Shown here: piece after piece, positions 47,641 through 56,698 of the stretch
Layout of the letters: every line of letters begins with the position of its first letter
Position numbering within the stretch: position 1 is the stretch's first letter
Notes under the pieces: model-generated
Told to the model about the DNA's origin: nothing
What the model saw: only the letters and a program-made list of their open reading frames with translations
Databases searched by the model: none
Position numbers and translations under genes: made by a program
Source: a virus
DNA length: 64,000 nucleotides
Reading direction: 5' to 3' (one strand)
IMG/VR virus record: IMGVR_UViG_3300030397_000361
Location: 25-64,024 of that record

Positions 47641-47749
47641 TTATTATAAGGCTATTAAAAGCTATTAGTAGTTCAGGTATCATTTTGACACTTGTATACA
47701 AAGGTCATTTTGATACTGTCGAAAACTTCGTGAGTATCATTTTGATACT
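47641..47749. promoter_or_regulatory. Candidate plasmid-type origin: three palindromic repeats plus an AT-rich tract
   Basis: GTATCATTTTGACAC (47677), GGTCATTTTGATAC (47703), GTATCATTTTGATAC (47734); AT-rich 47641..47670 with GCTATTA x2. Confidence 0.65.
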
Positions 47750-48471
47750 TTCGATAATCCTGCCTGGTCATCCGGTGTCAATGGCTCATCTAAGTATACA
47801 ATAAATTGCGTGCCTTCATTGCGTATCTTGTCACGACCAGATGAGTATTTTATGATCCGCATATCAGCGATGAAGTGACCCAAAAGCTCGTTTTGGAATG
47901 AGCCATCCTTGTTGCGTTTCAAGGCCCGCTTGATTGTCGGCTCCGAAACGCCAAGTGCATCGGCCAGCGTTTTATATGTGGTCTTGGTGGTATTGCGTTG
48001 CGATTTATGATGGCACAATTGGCGCAATTCACGAACCAATTCAGACAGCAATGGGCCGAGCAGCGGTCGCCATTTTTCGCGAAAGTAGCGCGTTGCCGCC
48101 CATTCTTTGCGATCTGGCTGGATGATGGCGTTTTCTGCGTTATGATATGCACCAACGAACTCGCGTTCGGAATCGTCGTCCGATTCTGCGTCAGGCAAGT
48201 GAATCGCCTTCGCCTCAGCCTTCACGAAAACCAGAGTAAAATCGACGCCATGCACGCTCTTGACTTTCTGCCTGACAATGCCTGACAGCCTGTTTTCTAT
48301 CATTTCCAGATTGGCCGACGCTGGCACCGACACGATGAGCCTGCCGCCGTCAATAGTCGCCACAGAGCCTAAAAAATGCGTGTTGAATGATCCGGCTGGC
48401 ATCGAGCCTTCGAGCGATTCCAGCACCGCTGGCCATTGACTATCAAACTGATTCGTGCTATCGTTGTCCAT
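47737..48471 (-). CDS. DnaA N-terminal domain fused to HTH (second replication initiator)
   Basis: WPAVLESLEGSMPAGSFNTHF...LIVSVP...MIENRL (DnaA domain I-like); C-terminal TYKTLADALGVSEPTIKRAL. Confidence 0.78.
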   Translation of the reverse strand: MDNDSTNQFDSQWPAVLESLEGSMPAGSFNTHFLGSVATIDGGRLIVSVPASANLEMIENRLSGIVRQKVKSVHGVDFTLVFVKAEAKAIHLPDAESDDDSEREFVGAYHNAENAIIQPDRKEWAATRYFREKWRPLLGPLLSELVRELRQLCHHKSQRNTTKTTYKTLADALGVSEPTIKRALKRNKDGSFQNELLGHFIADMRIIKYSSGRDKIRNEGTQFIVYLDEPLTPDDQAGLSKVSK

Positions 48472-48517
48472 AGGAATCTCCTAAATAGTATGCAGTAGCA
48501 AAAGCGGCTGATGTGCG

Positions 48518-48898
48518 TCAGCCGTTTTTGTTTTGGTCTGCATCGTCAATAATTGCCTTGATCCGCTCCAAGACTTCAACGGAATAATCGTAATTATCCA
48601 AAGCGCCAATGACCTCGGCTTTGATTTGGCGATGTCGCTGGTATTGCTGATAATCCGTATTGGATTTTATTATATCGTCCGTCAACGGTTCGGCATACGA
48701 TCTTCCGCTGTTCCATCGTGCTCCATTGTCAGAGCCTATCAGGTATCCATTCCGTTTCCGGAATCGTTTATCTTGGCAAATAACCTGAGTTTTGGTTACT
48801 CGATCCACAGTAAATATTTTGTAGTGCATCATTGAACCAAATGAGTGGTGAGGAACCGCTATTTTGTCGCCCGGTTTTACGTCATTCAATACGCTCAT
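48518..48898 (-). CDS. Hypothetical protein
   Basis: VDRVTKTQV...RFRKRNG motif; ends NKNG. Confidence 0.65.
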   Translation of the reverse strand: MSVLNDVKPGDKIAVPHHSFGSMMHYKIFTVDRVTKTQVICQDKRFRKRNGYLIGSDNGARWNSGRSYAEPLTDDIIKSNTDYQQYQRHRQIKAEVIGALDNYDYSVEVLERIKAIIDDADQNKNG

Positions 48899-48917
48899 TA
48901 TCTAATCCTTCCCGGCC

Positions 48918-49118
48918 TCAGCCGTTTTTGTTTTTACGCATCTTCTCATACTGCTCAAGCATCCATTTGGTGCGACCTGAATTGGTATTGCCGTATGGAC
49001 TACCCGCCGCCCTGTATTTGTCCAGTGACGTGTCAACAGATTTCAGCAAGCGGTTGAATTGCCGATTAATGCGCCAAGTATCAATGATGGCCATTATTAA
49101 AGATAGTAGTTTAATCAT
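48918..49118 (-). CDS. Hypothetical protein
   Basis: Ends NKNG; shares a 17-bp 3' end with the gene at 48518. Confidence 0.55.
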   Translation of the reverse strand: MIKLLSLIMAIIDTWRINRQFNRLLKSVDTSLDKYRAAGSPYGNTNSGRTKWMLEQYEKMRKNKNG

Positions 49119-49128
49119 TGGGTTTCAC

Positions 49129-49344
49129 TCATTCCTTGTGTTCCTGCCAGTCGCAGCTTATACCACCTTGGTCAACAACCACGCACAGCATGCTATCGTC
49201 AACCTCGATCAGCCGATATCTTCCAGCGACCTCTATAGTTTTTATACGTTTGTCGCCAGAGTTTGATTGTGCATCTTGCCGAGGCAATGGCGCACAGCTT
49301 GTGAGGAGCAAGGTCATTGCCAATATGATGGCAATCGGTTTCAT
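49129..49344 (-). CDS. Putative lipoprotein
   Basis: MKPIAIILAMTLLLTSC lipobox. Confidence 0.7.
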   Translation of the reverse strand: MKPIAIILAMTLLLTSCAPLPRQDAQSNSGDKRIKTIEVAGRYRLIEVDDSMLCVVVDQGGISCDWQEHKE

Positions 49345-49574
49345 CCCGCCTCGCTTTCGGCGTTAGCCGCTTGGTCTAATGTGCCAATGCTCGCGTATTT
49401 GATTTCGCTGTGCCTAATACGCATATTGCCAGCCCAGCCGAAATGAATTTCATACAATTGATCTGACGGATTCTCAACCGCTTCTAACAGTTCTCGGATT
49501 CTGCCAATTGACCCATTATTCGTGATGACTGTATCGCCCTTTGAAAATCGTTTCATTGCTCTAAATCCTTTCAT
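49341..49574 (-). CDS. SH3/KOW-like small protein
   Basis: FSKGDTVITNNGSIGRI...YEIHF. Confidence 0.55.
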   Translation of the reverse strand: MKGFRAMKRFSKGDTVITNNGSIGRIRELLEAVENPSDQLYEIHFGWAGNMRIRHSEIKYASIGTLDQAANAESEAG

Positions 49575-49830
49575 CTAATCGCGTCAACAGATCATCAGCG
49601 CGGCTATCATATTTCGATTTCAGTTGGCCCATTCGTTCGCGCAACTCGGCGGCGGTTGCTGGAACCAAACCTGGATCGGCCATTACAATCTCGGTCTGCC
49701 GATGCTGGTAGACATTTTTGCACCAGCGGATCTCGTAGGCGATTTTAGGACTACTATCAGATGTCAGGACATCCTCAATAATGCCAACATAGGCATTGTG
49801 GAATCGTACAATATCACCTGGCTTGTACAT
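49561..49830 (-). CDS. SH3/KOW-like small protein
   Basis: YKPGDIVRFHNAYVGIIEDV...YEIRW. Confidence 0.55.
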   Translation of the reverse strand: MYKPGDIVRFHNAYVGIIEDVLTSDSSPKIAYEIRWCKNVYQHRQTEIVMADPGLVPATAAELRERMGQLKSKYDSRADDLLTRLDERI

Positions 49831-49846
49831 TATTCATATCCCTGTG

Positions 49847-50167
49847 CTAGTAATTGCTCGACCATGTCGACACTTCGGTTTCGGGCTTTTCTCGGGCCGT
49901 GCCTACGATGTAGTCGAATTCAATCACTGGTGCTCTTTGAGAGACTTCTTTTAGGATTTCCGCGAACCTGTTTTGACATTCTTTTTCGGTGCCTTCGAAC
50001 AGGAGAAGATCGTTGGAAATCGTTCTTCCCTCATGATTCCACCAGGCCCCGATTGGACCTGACGCTTTGATCTCGCACTCGAAGTCATCGTATTCGTTAT
50101 TGTACTGAATCTGGATCAGTGATCCAGTATTGATATTCAGAGCTCTTCCGTCTCTAACCATCCACAT
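49847..50167 (-). CDS. Hypothetical protein
   Basis: 106 aa, CAGGAG SD. Confidence 0.65.
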   Translation of the reverse strand: MWMVRDGRALNINTGSLIQIQYNNEYDDFECEIKASGPIGAWWNHEGRTISNDLLLFEGTEKECQNRFAEILKEVSQRAPVIEFDYIVGTAREKPETEVSTWSSNY

Positions 50168-50332
50168 AATTTTTCTCCTGTTGGGCCTTGCCTATTTTTA
50201 TCAGACCAGTGTTTTCATTCTCTACAAAATACACGCACATTACAAAAACCTCGCTACATATGCTATAGTAGCCTTGTTACCCCTTCGCCCTGGCTTGGTG
50301 GTCGAGGTGAGGGCGGTAACATTTAGCCACTA

Positions 50333-50557
50333 TCAAGCAGTTTTATTCTCCACTTCCAAATCATATAAATCAGTGACAGGAACATCAAGCGCCGTTGCGA
50401 TGTCCAGCAACGTGCCGATTGGTGTTGTCCGCTTGATGACTGCCTGATTCTGCAAGCGAAGCACCACGCGATAAGTCAGCCCGGTTTGCTTGCTGATTAC
50501 GTGCGGGTTTGTATCTCGTTCCTTTATTAGCTGCTTGATTTTATTCCGCATTATCAT
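50333..50557 (-). CDS. Cro/CI-type HTH repressor
   Basis: IKQLIKERD...ISKQTGL...LLDIATALDVPVTDLY; AAAGGAGG SD. Confidence 0.85.
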   Translation of the reverse strand: MIMRNKIKQLIKERDTNPHVISKQTGLTYRVVLRLQNQAVIKRTTPIGTLLDIATALDVPVTDLYDLEVENKTA

Positions 50558-50585
50558 AAGCCTCCTTTCGTAATAAGGTGATCTT

Positions 50586-50677
50586 ACTATACCATAGTGT
50601 TCACGACAAGTCAACCACGAATGTGTATACATATTCAAAGTTAGTACTTGACAATGTATACACATTCGTGGTATAAT
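50586..50677. promoter_or_regulatory. Divergent promoters with paired 19-bp operators (genetic switch)
   Basis: Rightward TTGACA-18-TATAAT; leftward TTGACT-17-TATAGT; ACCACGAATGTGTATACAT (50614) is the exact reverse complement of 50654..50672. Confidence 0.85.
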
Positions 50678-50943
50678 TCTCATACAGTCAAGCAACACCA
50701 GACTGGGCAGACCCGTAAGCACATCGACACCACGACAGGCACAAATCGGGCGGCAAAAAGGCCGACAACTGATCGTAGAGGACTAGACCGCGTAAAGGGA
50801 ACCGAACAGAGCAATAGCCGCGAAGTAGCTCTAAAAAAATCGGCTCAGAGGGTGGAAGCCCCAAACGCAAAGAGGCCGGTGGTTGTGATGAACCACCGGC
50901 CCCGATATCCAAAACCAACGTGTAATTAGTAAAGGATCGTAAA

Positions 50944-51180
50944 ATGACTGTAGCACAACTAGAAGCACTTGACAAACCGGGCCAATCGGCTTGTCTCATT
51001 AATGGTCGTCAAGGATGGCTACCAACCCATAAGGAAATGCTGGAATATCTCGGCATCATCCCCTTGGCCGAAGTTTACGCAGAAGCATCAGACGCGATGC
51101 AACGCCAGATGTCGGGTAAGCGATCCGAGCCAGTCGGGGAGGCTGGCTATCTGATCAGTAACGATGTCATACCGTTCTAG
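50944..51180 (+). CDS. Hypothetical protein
   Basis: First ORF after the ~260-nt leader; AAGGA SD. Confidence 0.65.
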   Translation: MTVAQLEALDKPGQSACLINGRQGWLPTHKEMLEYLGIIPLAEVYAEASDAMQRQMSGKRSEPVGEAGYLISNDVIPF

Positions 51181-51324
51181 GGGCAAGGCACAATCAACGG
51201 TTTGCGCGTGGTGTCAGCGTGAGGCTGGCATCACGCCAAAGGCAAATGAAAGTCACGGAATCTGCGAGAAACACGCAGAACAAATGAGACAAGAAATCGA
51301 GGCCGCGAGGCGGCGAAAGAGGAA

Positions 51325-51573
51325 ATGATGGACAATACACATTTAAGCGGCGTTGAGTTTGCCAAAGAATTGCAGCGATTGCAGGACGATATCCATTTGT
51401 CTATCAATGGTCTTCATCATTCCTACGCTATTCAGCAGATTGTGGCTACTGAACTTTCAAAATCATCTCTGAACGTTACCGCAGATATTGCAGCCAGGTT
51501 AATCGCCGTTGCTTATGTCAACGGCATCGACGATGGGAAAAATCAACTTAAAGAAGATATTAGCAACCTGTAA
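51325..51573 (+). CDS. Hypothetical protein
   Basis: 82 aa, GAGGA SD. Confidence 0.6.
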   Translation: MMDNTHLSGVEFAKELQRLQDDIHLSINGLHHSYAIQQIVATELSKSSLNVTADIAARLIAVAYVNGIDDGKNQLKEDISNL

Positions 51574-51626
51574 ACAAAATAGCCGCTGGCAACCGTCAGT
51601 GGCGAGTATAAATAGGAGTAATAACA

Positions 51627-52712
51627 ATGGCTAAGAAGAAACAAGAACCAACCGTGATTATTGATGAGAAGGACAACGATGTATTATCATTTTTGTTTGA
51701 TGGCGATACCGGGCCAGATGATAGCGATTATTGGCAGGAGCGATATAAGCGAATCCAGTGGAACAACAAAGAAAAATGCTGGGAATTTCCCCTGGCACAT
51801 TGGGCGGGGACTTACATCGAACAAGCCTATGATGTGCAGGACATCAAGCATAACAAAGGACAATCCGTTGAGAGCGGGATGCTAGTCCCTGAGATTTCAT
51901 TGTCCGTTTTGTCATATCGGACGACCTGGGAATCCTACATTGACGAAAAAGTTGTCTACACTGCCAAGCCCGATTTTGATGATGGCAACACATGGTCAAA
52001 GCGTTACAATTTCTTGGTTATGGCTAAGGTCGACGATTGGGCGTGTGACGAGCCAGTTGTTGTCACAGTCAAAGGTCACACCGGCGCATATCTGGAATCT
52101 GGCTTGAACAGTTACCGAAAGAAAATGATACAATTGGGGATTTCGTTGGGTGGTCAAAAAATGCCAGGGTATGTATACTGGTGCGCGATGTCAGCCGGTG
52201 ACGAGCAGCTAGTCGGCAAGCGCGAAAAATCCGAGATTTATCCACCTGCACCCATCATCGACAGCATGACCGACTTAAATGATGATGCTATTGGAGCCTT
52301 GCTATCATCGGCATATATCGGCCAGGAATTACATAGCCGAATCAAATCCGTTTTGTTTGATGAAGGAGAGCAATGGCGAACAGAGCATATTAATGCACCG
52401 ATGTTGGGAAGCGGCGATCCGCCCGAACCTGTAGCCGAACTGTTGCCCGGTGGCGTTGTGTTTTTGCCTGACCTGTCAAAGGCGAGTAAAGGCGACTGGA
52501 TTAAATGCGCTATGTCAACCGGCATTTTCCGTCACGAGAAACACGCCGGGAACGCATTGGCCAAGGTTCTGACCAAGGTCGGATACGGGTCTGGCAAGGC
52601 CGAGCAGTGGGAAGCATATCGTAGCGATATTGAACGGCGATACGCTAAGACAAGCGAGGCCGATGAAGAAATGGCCGAAATTGTAGAACGTCAACGGATG
52701 TTGACTGAGTAG
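51627..52712 (+). CDS. Hypothetical protein (possible ssDNA-binding/recombination protein)
   Basis: 361 aa, AGGAG SD; aromatic-rich beta core; function inferred only. Confidence 0.55.
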   Translation: MAKKKQEPTVIIDEKDNDVLSFLFDGDTGPDDSDYWQERYKRIQWNNKEKCWEFPLAHWAGTYIEQAYDVQDIKHNKGQSVESGMLVPEISLSVLSYRTTWESYIDEKVVYTAKPDFDDGNTWSKRYNFLVMAKVDDWACDEPVVVTVKGHTGAYLESGLNSYRKKMIQLGISLGGQKMPGYVYWCAMSAGDEQLVGKREKSEIYPPAPIIDSMTDLNDDAIGALLSSAYIGQELHSRIKSVLFDEGEQWRTEHINAPMLGSGDPPEPVAELLPGGVVFLPDLSKASKGDWIKCAMSTGIFRHEKHAGNALAKVLTKVGYGSGKAEQWEAYRSDIERRYAKTSEADEEMAEIVERQRMLTE

Positions 52713-52744
52713 CATAACCCAATCGCCAGCGGCTTCGGTCGCTG

Positions 52745-53098
52745 GTGGAAAGTGAGAGAATGATGCACATCTTTACGACAAATGAAGTTGACCGGAAAAA
52801 CGTAAAAAACCGAGACAAAGTGCCAACCGCGTCGTTGTACGATGTCGAGCGGAAAATCCAGTATTGCATGTGGATAAACAATGAATTGATCCGGCTCTGG
52901 CTGTACGTTCCCGGCACAATTTCGGAAAACGATTATCCGCAAGTGAGCTATGAAGATCACGAGGCATTAGACTTTTGGGAGCAATTGTGCGACATCGTTG
53001 AAAGTGATGGCGACAATTTTCTGGTAGTATCCGCAATGCGAGAGGTATTGACCGCTGGCCGTGATGCCTGGATGGGACCGGAGCCAGAACAAGAATAG
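52745..53098 (+). CDS. Hypothetical protein
   Basis: 117 aa acidic ORF. Confidence 0.55.
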   Translation: MESERMMHIFTTNEVDRKNVKNRDKVPTASLYDVERKIQYCMWINNELIRLWLYVPGTISENDYPQVSYEDHEALDFWEQLCDIVESDGDNFLVVSAMREVLTAGRDAWMGPEPEQE

Positions 53099-53116
53099 CA
53101 CCGATAATGGTGAAAA

Positions 53117-53323
53117 GTGAGTGAGATGATGCCAAACTTAGGCGATATGACAGTTGATCTTGAAGAGAGCTATACCGACGATTACGAATTGCTTGCGGTG
53201 CTGAAATCTGTCAGGGCCGATATCCTGAATTTGCACAAACAAGCGTGTGAGGTTGGGATGACAGACGAAGTTTACACGCCGCTGGCTAAAATGATTGATG
53301 CCTTGAAGGAGCAGGCAGAATAA
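53117..53323 (+). CDS. Hypothetical protein
   Basis: 68 aa ORF. Confidence 0.55.
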   Translation: MSEMMPNLGDMTVDLEESYTDDYELLAVLKSVRADILNLHKQACEVGMTDEVYTPLAKMIDALKEQAE

Positions 53324-53390
53324 CCCAACGCAAACCAAAAGAGCCTAGCGTCTGCTAGGCTCTGAGCCATATAACTAATTGAGGTAGGAT

Positions 53391-54368
53391 ATGACTATGG
53401 AAAGTATACGCAAGTCACCCGATTTTAACAACCTAATACCAGTCGGATTCGACCCTGGCAACGGTTTCGCCAAAATCGCGTTACTAGGCAAAGTCGCCAA
53501 GCTTCCAGCCAATTTCAGCTACACTCAGCCCGATGGCGAATTGTCGGCCAAAACGCTGGCCAGGATCAAGCCCAAAGCTTTTTCAATTATCGCAGATGGC
53601 CGCGAACTGTGGTTCGGCCTCGATAGCCTGAGCAACGGCAATGGCAGAGCTATCGACCAGGCCAAATATCACGCTGACTATTTGCGCCCATTGTTTGCGG
53701 CCTCATTGGTGCAATGGTTCAAACAGCATCGGCAAAGCCCTGATATGTTGGACGGCAAGCGGCTGAATGTTGTGGCGTCAATGCCGCCCGAGCTATACCA
53801 GGACAAAGCGACGCGCACCAAAACCGAACGGGCCTATGCTGAAACATTCAACCATCGTATTGACTGGCAGGTCAAGAATAGCCAGGTTGACACGTTTCAG
53901 CTATTCACGCAGTTTCAACAGGTCACGCCGGAAACGCTCACGTATATGTCGGTCAACCTGGCTAAAGCTGGCTACACCGTGGTGTTTGACCTCGGTTATG
54001 GGACGCTCGATATAGCGATCTTCGCGGCTGGCAGTGACGTGCCAGTGATGACAAAGAGCTTGAATAAAGGATTGCTGCACGCATTTTCGAGCATTAATGC
54101 GCTGGCAGTCAACCAGGTCGAACTTGATATTCTGCGCTCCAAATCCTACGACCGGCTGAACGATTACTTCAATGAGGTTCGCACCATCGTGCAAACAGTG
54201 ACGCGCAAACTGCCTGAGCCATTGAAGCTGGTAGGCATCGGCGGCGGCGTAAATCTGATGAGCAAAGCAGCACGCGATAGCTTCAACCTGGCGTTTAGTG
54301 GCTTGATATTTAAGGACGAATTTACAAACGCCAGGGCAAGCGAGAGGGTTGCCAGAAGTGCGTTATAA
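53391..54368 (+). CDS. parM: ParM/StbA actin-like partition ATPase
   Basis: Phosphate-1 GFDPGNGFAK; VASMPP; phosphate-2 FDLGYGTLD; adenosine GIGGGV; FTNARA. Confidence 0.88.
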   Translation: MTMESIRKSPDFNNLIPVGFDPGNGFAKIALLGKVAKLPANFSYTQPDGELSAKTLARIKPKAFSIIADGRELWFGLDSLSNGNGRAIDQAKYHADYLRPLFAASLVQWFKQHRQSPDMLDGKRLNVVASMPPELYQDKATRTKTERAYAETFNHRIDWQVKNSQVDTFQLFTQFQQVTPETLTYMSVNLAKAGYTVVFDLGYGTLDIAIFAAGSDVPVMTKSLNKGLLHAFSSINALAVNQVELDILRSKSYDRLNDYFNEVRTIVQTVTRKLPEPLKLVGIGGGVNLMSKAARDSFNLAFSGLIFKDEFTNARASERVARSAL

Positions 54369-54597
54369 AAAACTATCGGCTAAATTATCACGCAATAGCC
54401 ACGCGGATTTGATAGCGTGGCTTGAGCAAAACGACATCAATGTAAACCAGTTGATTATTCATCTACTCTATTGCGCGATGAATATGGGTCTGACCGCCTC
54501 GCCCCCTCTGCCAGTCGAGAAACCCGAGGTTGAAACGGTCGGACTAAATGACAGCGACCCGATAGCCGATATAGCCGACTTTTTAGACGGAATATAG
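54349..54597 (+). CDS. ParR-like adaptor
   Basis: Overlaps the parM stop; basic strand-helix N-terminus and acidic C-terminal tail (DPIADIADFLDGI). Confidence 0.6.
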   Translation: MPEVRYKKLSAKLSRNSHADLIAWLEQNDINVNQLIIHLLYCAMNMGLTASPPLPVEKPEVETVGLNDSDPIADIADFLDGI

Positions 54598-54612
54598 AAG
54601 CGAGGTGACAGG

Positions 54613-54825
54613 ATGACAGAGGCAACCGTAGATGAAGTTCGCGAGGTATTAAGACTTGCCAAGACCAATCGCGTAATCCGGCAATTGCTTGAGCTTGCCA
54701 TTATCACGCATTCTGCAACCACAAGCATTGATGAAAACATTGACTACGACACGCTGGATCAGCACATTGCCAATCACATTGACGAGGCTGTGCGGTTGGC
54801 ACGAAAAAGGAGGCTGGACGTATGA
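54613..54825 (+). CDS. Hypothetical protein
   Basis: 70 aa ORF in the operon. Confidence 0.55.
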   Translation: MTEATVDEVREVLRLAKTNRVIRQLLELAIITHSATTSIDENIDYDTLDQHIANHIDEAVRLARKRRLDV

Positions 54826-55043
54826 CACCGAAGGGATTTGCGGAGCAGTGGTATAGCTGGTCGATTGAAGCCGGTGACGATCCCGAGGACGTTGAGCGCA
54901 GGATTGCAGGCTTGGCGGCTGAGATAGAAAAGTATTTCGTTTCGCGCAAAACATATGATGCCGTGGTTGAAAATTTCAGAGCCTACGTGGACGCTATGAC
55001 ACCTATCATTCAGATGATAGAGGATGACAATGACACTCTCTAA
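54822..55043 (+). CDS. Hypothetical protein
   Basis: 73 aa, AGGAGG SD. Confidence 0.6.
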   Translation: MTPKGFAEQWYSWSIEAGDDPEDVERRIAGLAAEIEKYFVSRKTYDAVVENFRAYVDAMTPIIQMIEDDNDTL

Positions 55044-55251
55044 ATCATCCGATCTGATTGTGGCGTTCTGGCTGTGGCTGGCTTTGTTGCCGGTTGAGCG
55101 GTCGATATATCTGTATCGCTCGATCCGTCACGAAGTTATTGCGCCACGGCCAGCGGTATCAATGTGGCTCGACCGCGGGCATTATGCAGCGGTTGCGCTG
55201 GTTAGTTTGATTGCAGTAATCGCGATTCCGTCGCCGTTGGCGGTCGCGTGA
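55024..55251 (+). CDS. Hypothetical membrane protein
   Basis: Two hydrophobic segments. Confidence 0.5.
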   Translation: MTMTLSKSSDLIVAFWLWLALLPVERSIYLYRSIRHEVIAPRPAVSMWLDRGHYAAVALVSLIAVIAIPSPLAVA

Positions 55252-55264
55252 AAGGTGTAGGAGG

Positions 55265-55894
55265 ATGGCTAAACTAGATTATAAGCAGATGACATTTGCA
55301 TACGTTGGCGGCAGTATTGCCACAGTCACAACCGGCGCGGTAAGTGCCGGCATATGGTCAATGATCGGTGGGCATCCTCATTATGGTCTGGCCATCGCTG
55401 GCACTTGGATGCTGTTTATAGGTGGGCCGTCTGTATTTGTCGCTTCAAATACACTGCTCGAAGTGCTTGGGCAGAAACGGCCAAAGCAGATCAGCGTCAG
55501 TCCTGGCAGCAGTGGTCGCAAAGTGCCGATCCATTACGGCGGCGGTAAGACATCGCATGTGTTCCTGAATGAGTTCAACCCGTTCAACCGCAAGCGCGAA
55601 GTGATCGAGGTCGAGCCGCCTGAGTTGCCTATGTCGTTTGAAGTTGGATTGCAGGTCGTCACGCTTGATGCGCTCGACACGTTTTTGTATCGCGCTTGGC
55701 GCAGGCAATTATCCAACAAGCCAGGCTTGAGCCGGTCATACTGGCTGAACAACCAGCGATGGAAACGAGCCGAATACGAGGCAACTATTTTTTTGCTCAA
55801 CTCTGCAAATCTGATAGGGGGGAGGGCTGGCAACCAGTCGGGCAAACTCATCGCGCCGCCCAAGTTGGCGCTTGAAGCGATCAAGGCCATCTAG
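55265..55894 (+). CDS. Membrane protein with soluble C-terminal domain
   Basis: Two N-terminal TM segments; AGGAG SD. Confidence 0.65.
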   Translation: MAKLDYKQMTFAYVGGSIATVTTGAVSAGIWSMIGGHPHYGLAIAGTWMLFIGGPSVFVASNTLLEVLGQKRPKQISVSPGSSGRKVPIHYGGGKTSHVFLNEFNPFNRKREVIEVEPPELPMSFEVGLQVVTLDALDTFLYRAWRRQLSNKPGLSRSYWLNNQRWKRAEYEATIFLLNSANLIGGRAGNQSGKLIAPPKLALEAIKAI

Positions 55895-56226
55895 CCCTCC
55901 TATCACGTGCGGGCATACGTGGGCTAATGCTTTTGCAACTAGGCCCACAACGACCCGCAACGACCCGCGCCTGCCAGCAACGACCGGCAATTCAAGACCG
56001 ATATTCAATAATACATAACAACCCTTAAGTATTATAGAAAGGATAACGAACATAATGACTAAACAAGAGGCTTACGGCCTTGCCCTTCAAGCAATCGAAT
56101 TTACCAAATCAAATGCGTCGCTAAGCAAAGAAGATTATGAAGAGATGACCGAGGCCTCAAAAATTATTGAGGCGCAGATTATTATTGAAAATGTGATGTC
56201 ACACAAAAACCCGAAAGGATGATCTA

Positions 56227-56556
56227 ATGTCTAAATCAACCTACTACATACCAACCTGCGTCCCAGGAAAATACCGAATTCTAGAATTCGAGCATAATTG
56301 CGACGACGACACAACCGCCGCAACTAATGCCGCATTGCTGGCGGCATCCTGTCGCCATCGGCCCAAGCCTGAAACATTCCCCGAAATCCAAATGCTACGC
56401 CGCGTCATCAAAATCGCAACCAATCCACTGCCAGCGATCCTGAAGCGGTGCTGCAATCCGCACACGACAACGGCAGAGCCGCAACCGGATCAGCCAGAGC
56501 CGATGATACTGGTTGACGGCTGGCCAGTCAGAGCCGAGCAACCAGCAAGGTTATAA
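56227..56556 (+). CDS. Hypothetical protein
   Basis: 109 aa, AAGGA SD. Confidence 0.55.
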   Translation: MSKSTYYIPTCVPGKYRILEFEHNCDDDTTAATNAALLAASCRHRPKPETFPEIQMLRRVIKIATNPLPAILKRCCNPHTTTAEPQPDQPEPMILVDGWPVRAEQPARL

Positions 56557-56567
56557 TGGCCCCAAAG

Positions 56568-56600
56568 CAAAAGACCACCATTGCGGTGGTCTTTTTTGTT
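56568..56600. terminator. Rho-independent terminator
   Basis: AAAAGACCACC-ATTGC-GGTGGTCTTTTTT. Confidence 0.8.
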
Positions 56601-56645
56601 GCTGTACGCTAACGCGGAATTTCTAGTGTCGCGTGCCAGGTCGCC

Positions 56646-56698
56646 AAGGTAAGCAGCAACACAAGCGAAGGTAAGCAGCAACACAAGCGAAGGTAAGC
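56646..56698. repeat. 22-bp tandem repeat (2.4 copies), intergenic
   Basis: AAGGTAAGCAGCAACACAAGCG x2 plus AAGGTAAGC. Confidence 0.9.

Noticed and set aside
56646-56698. Mini CRISPR array
   Set aside because: The copies are directly adjacent with no spacers, and no cas genes are seen
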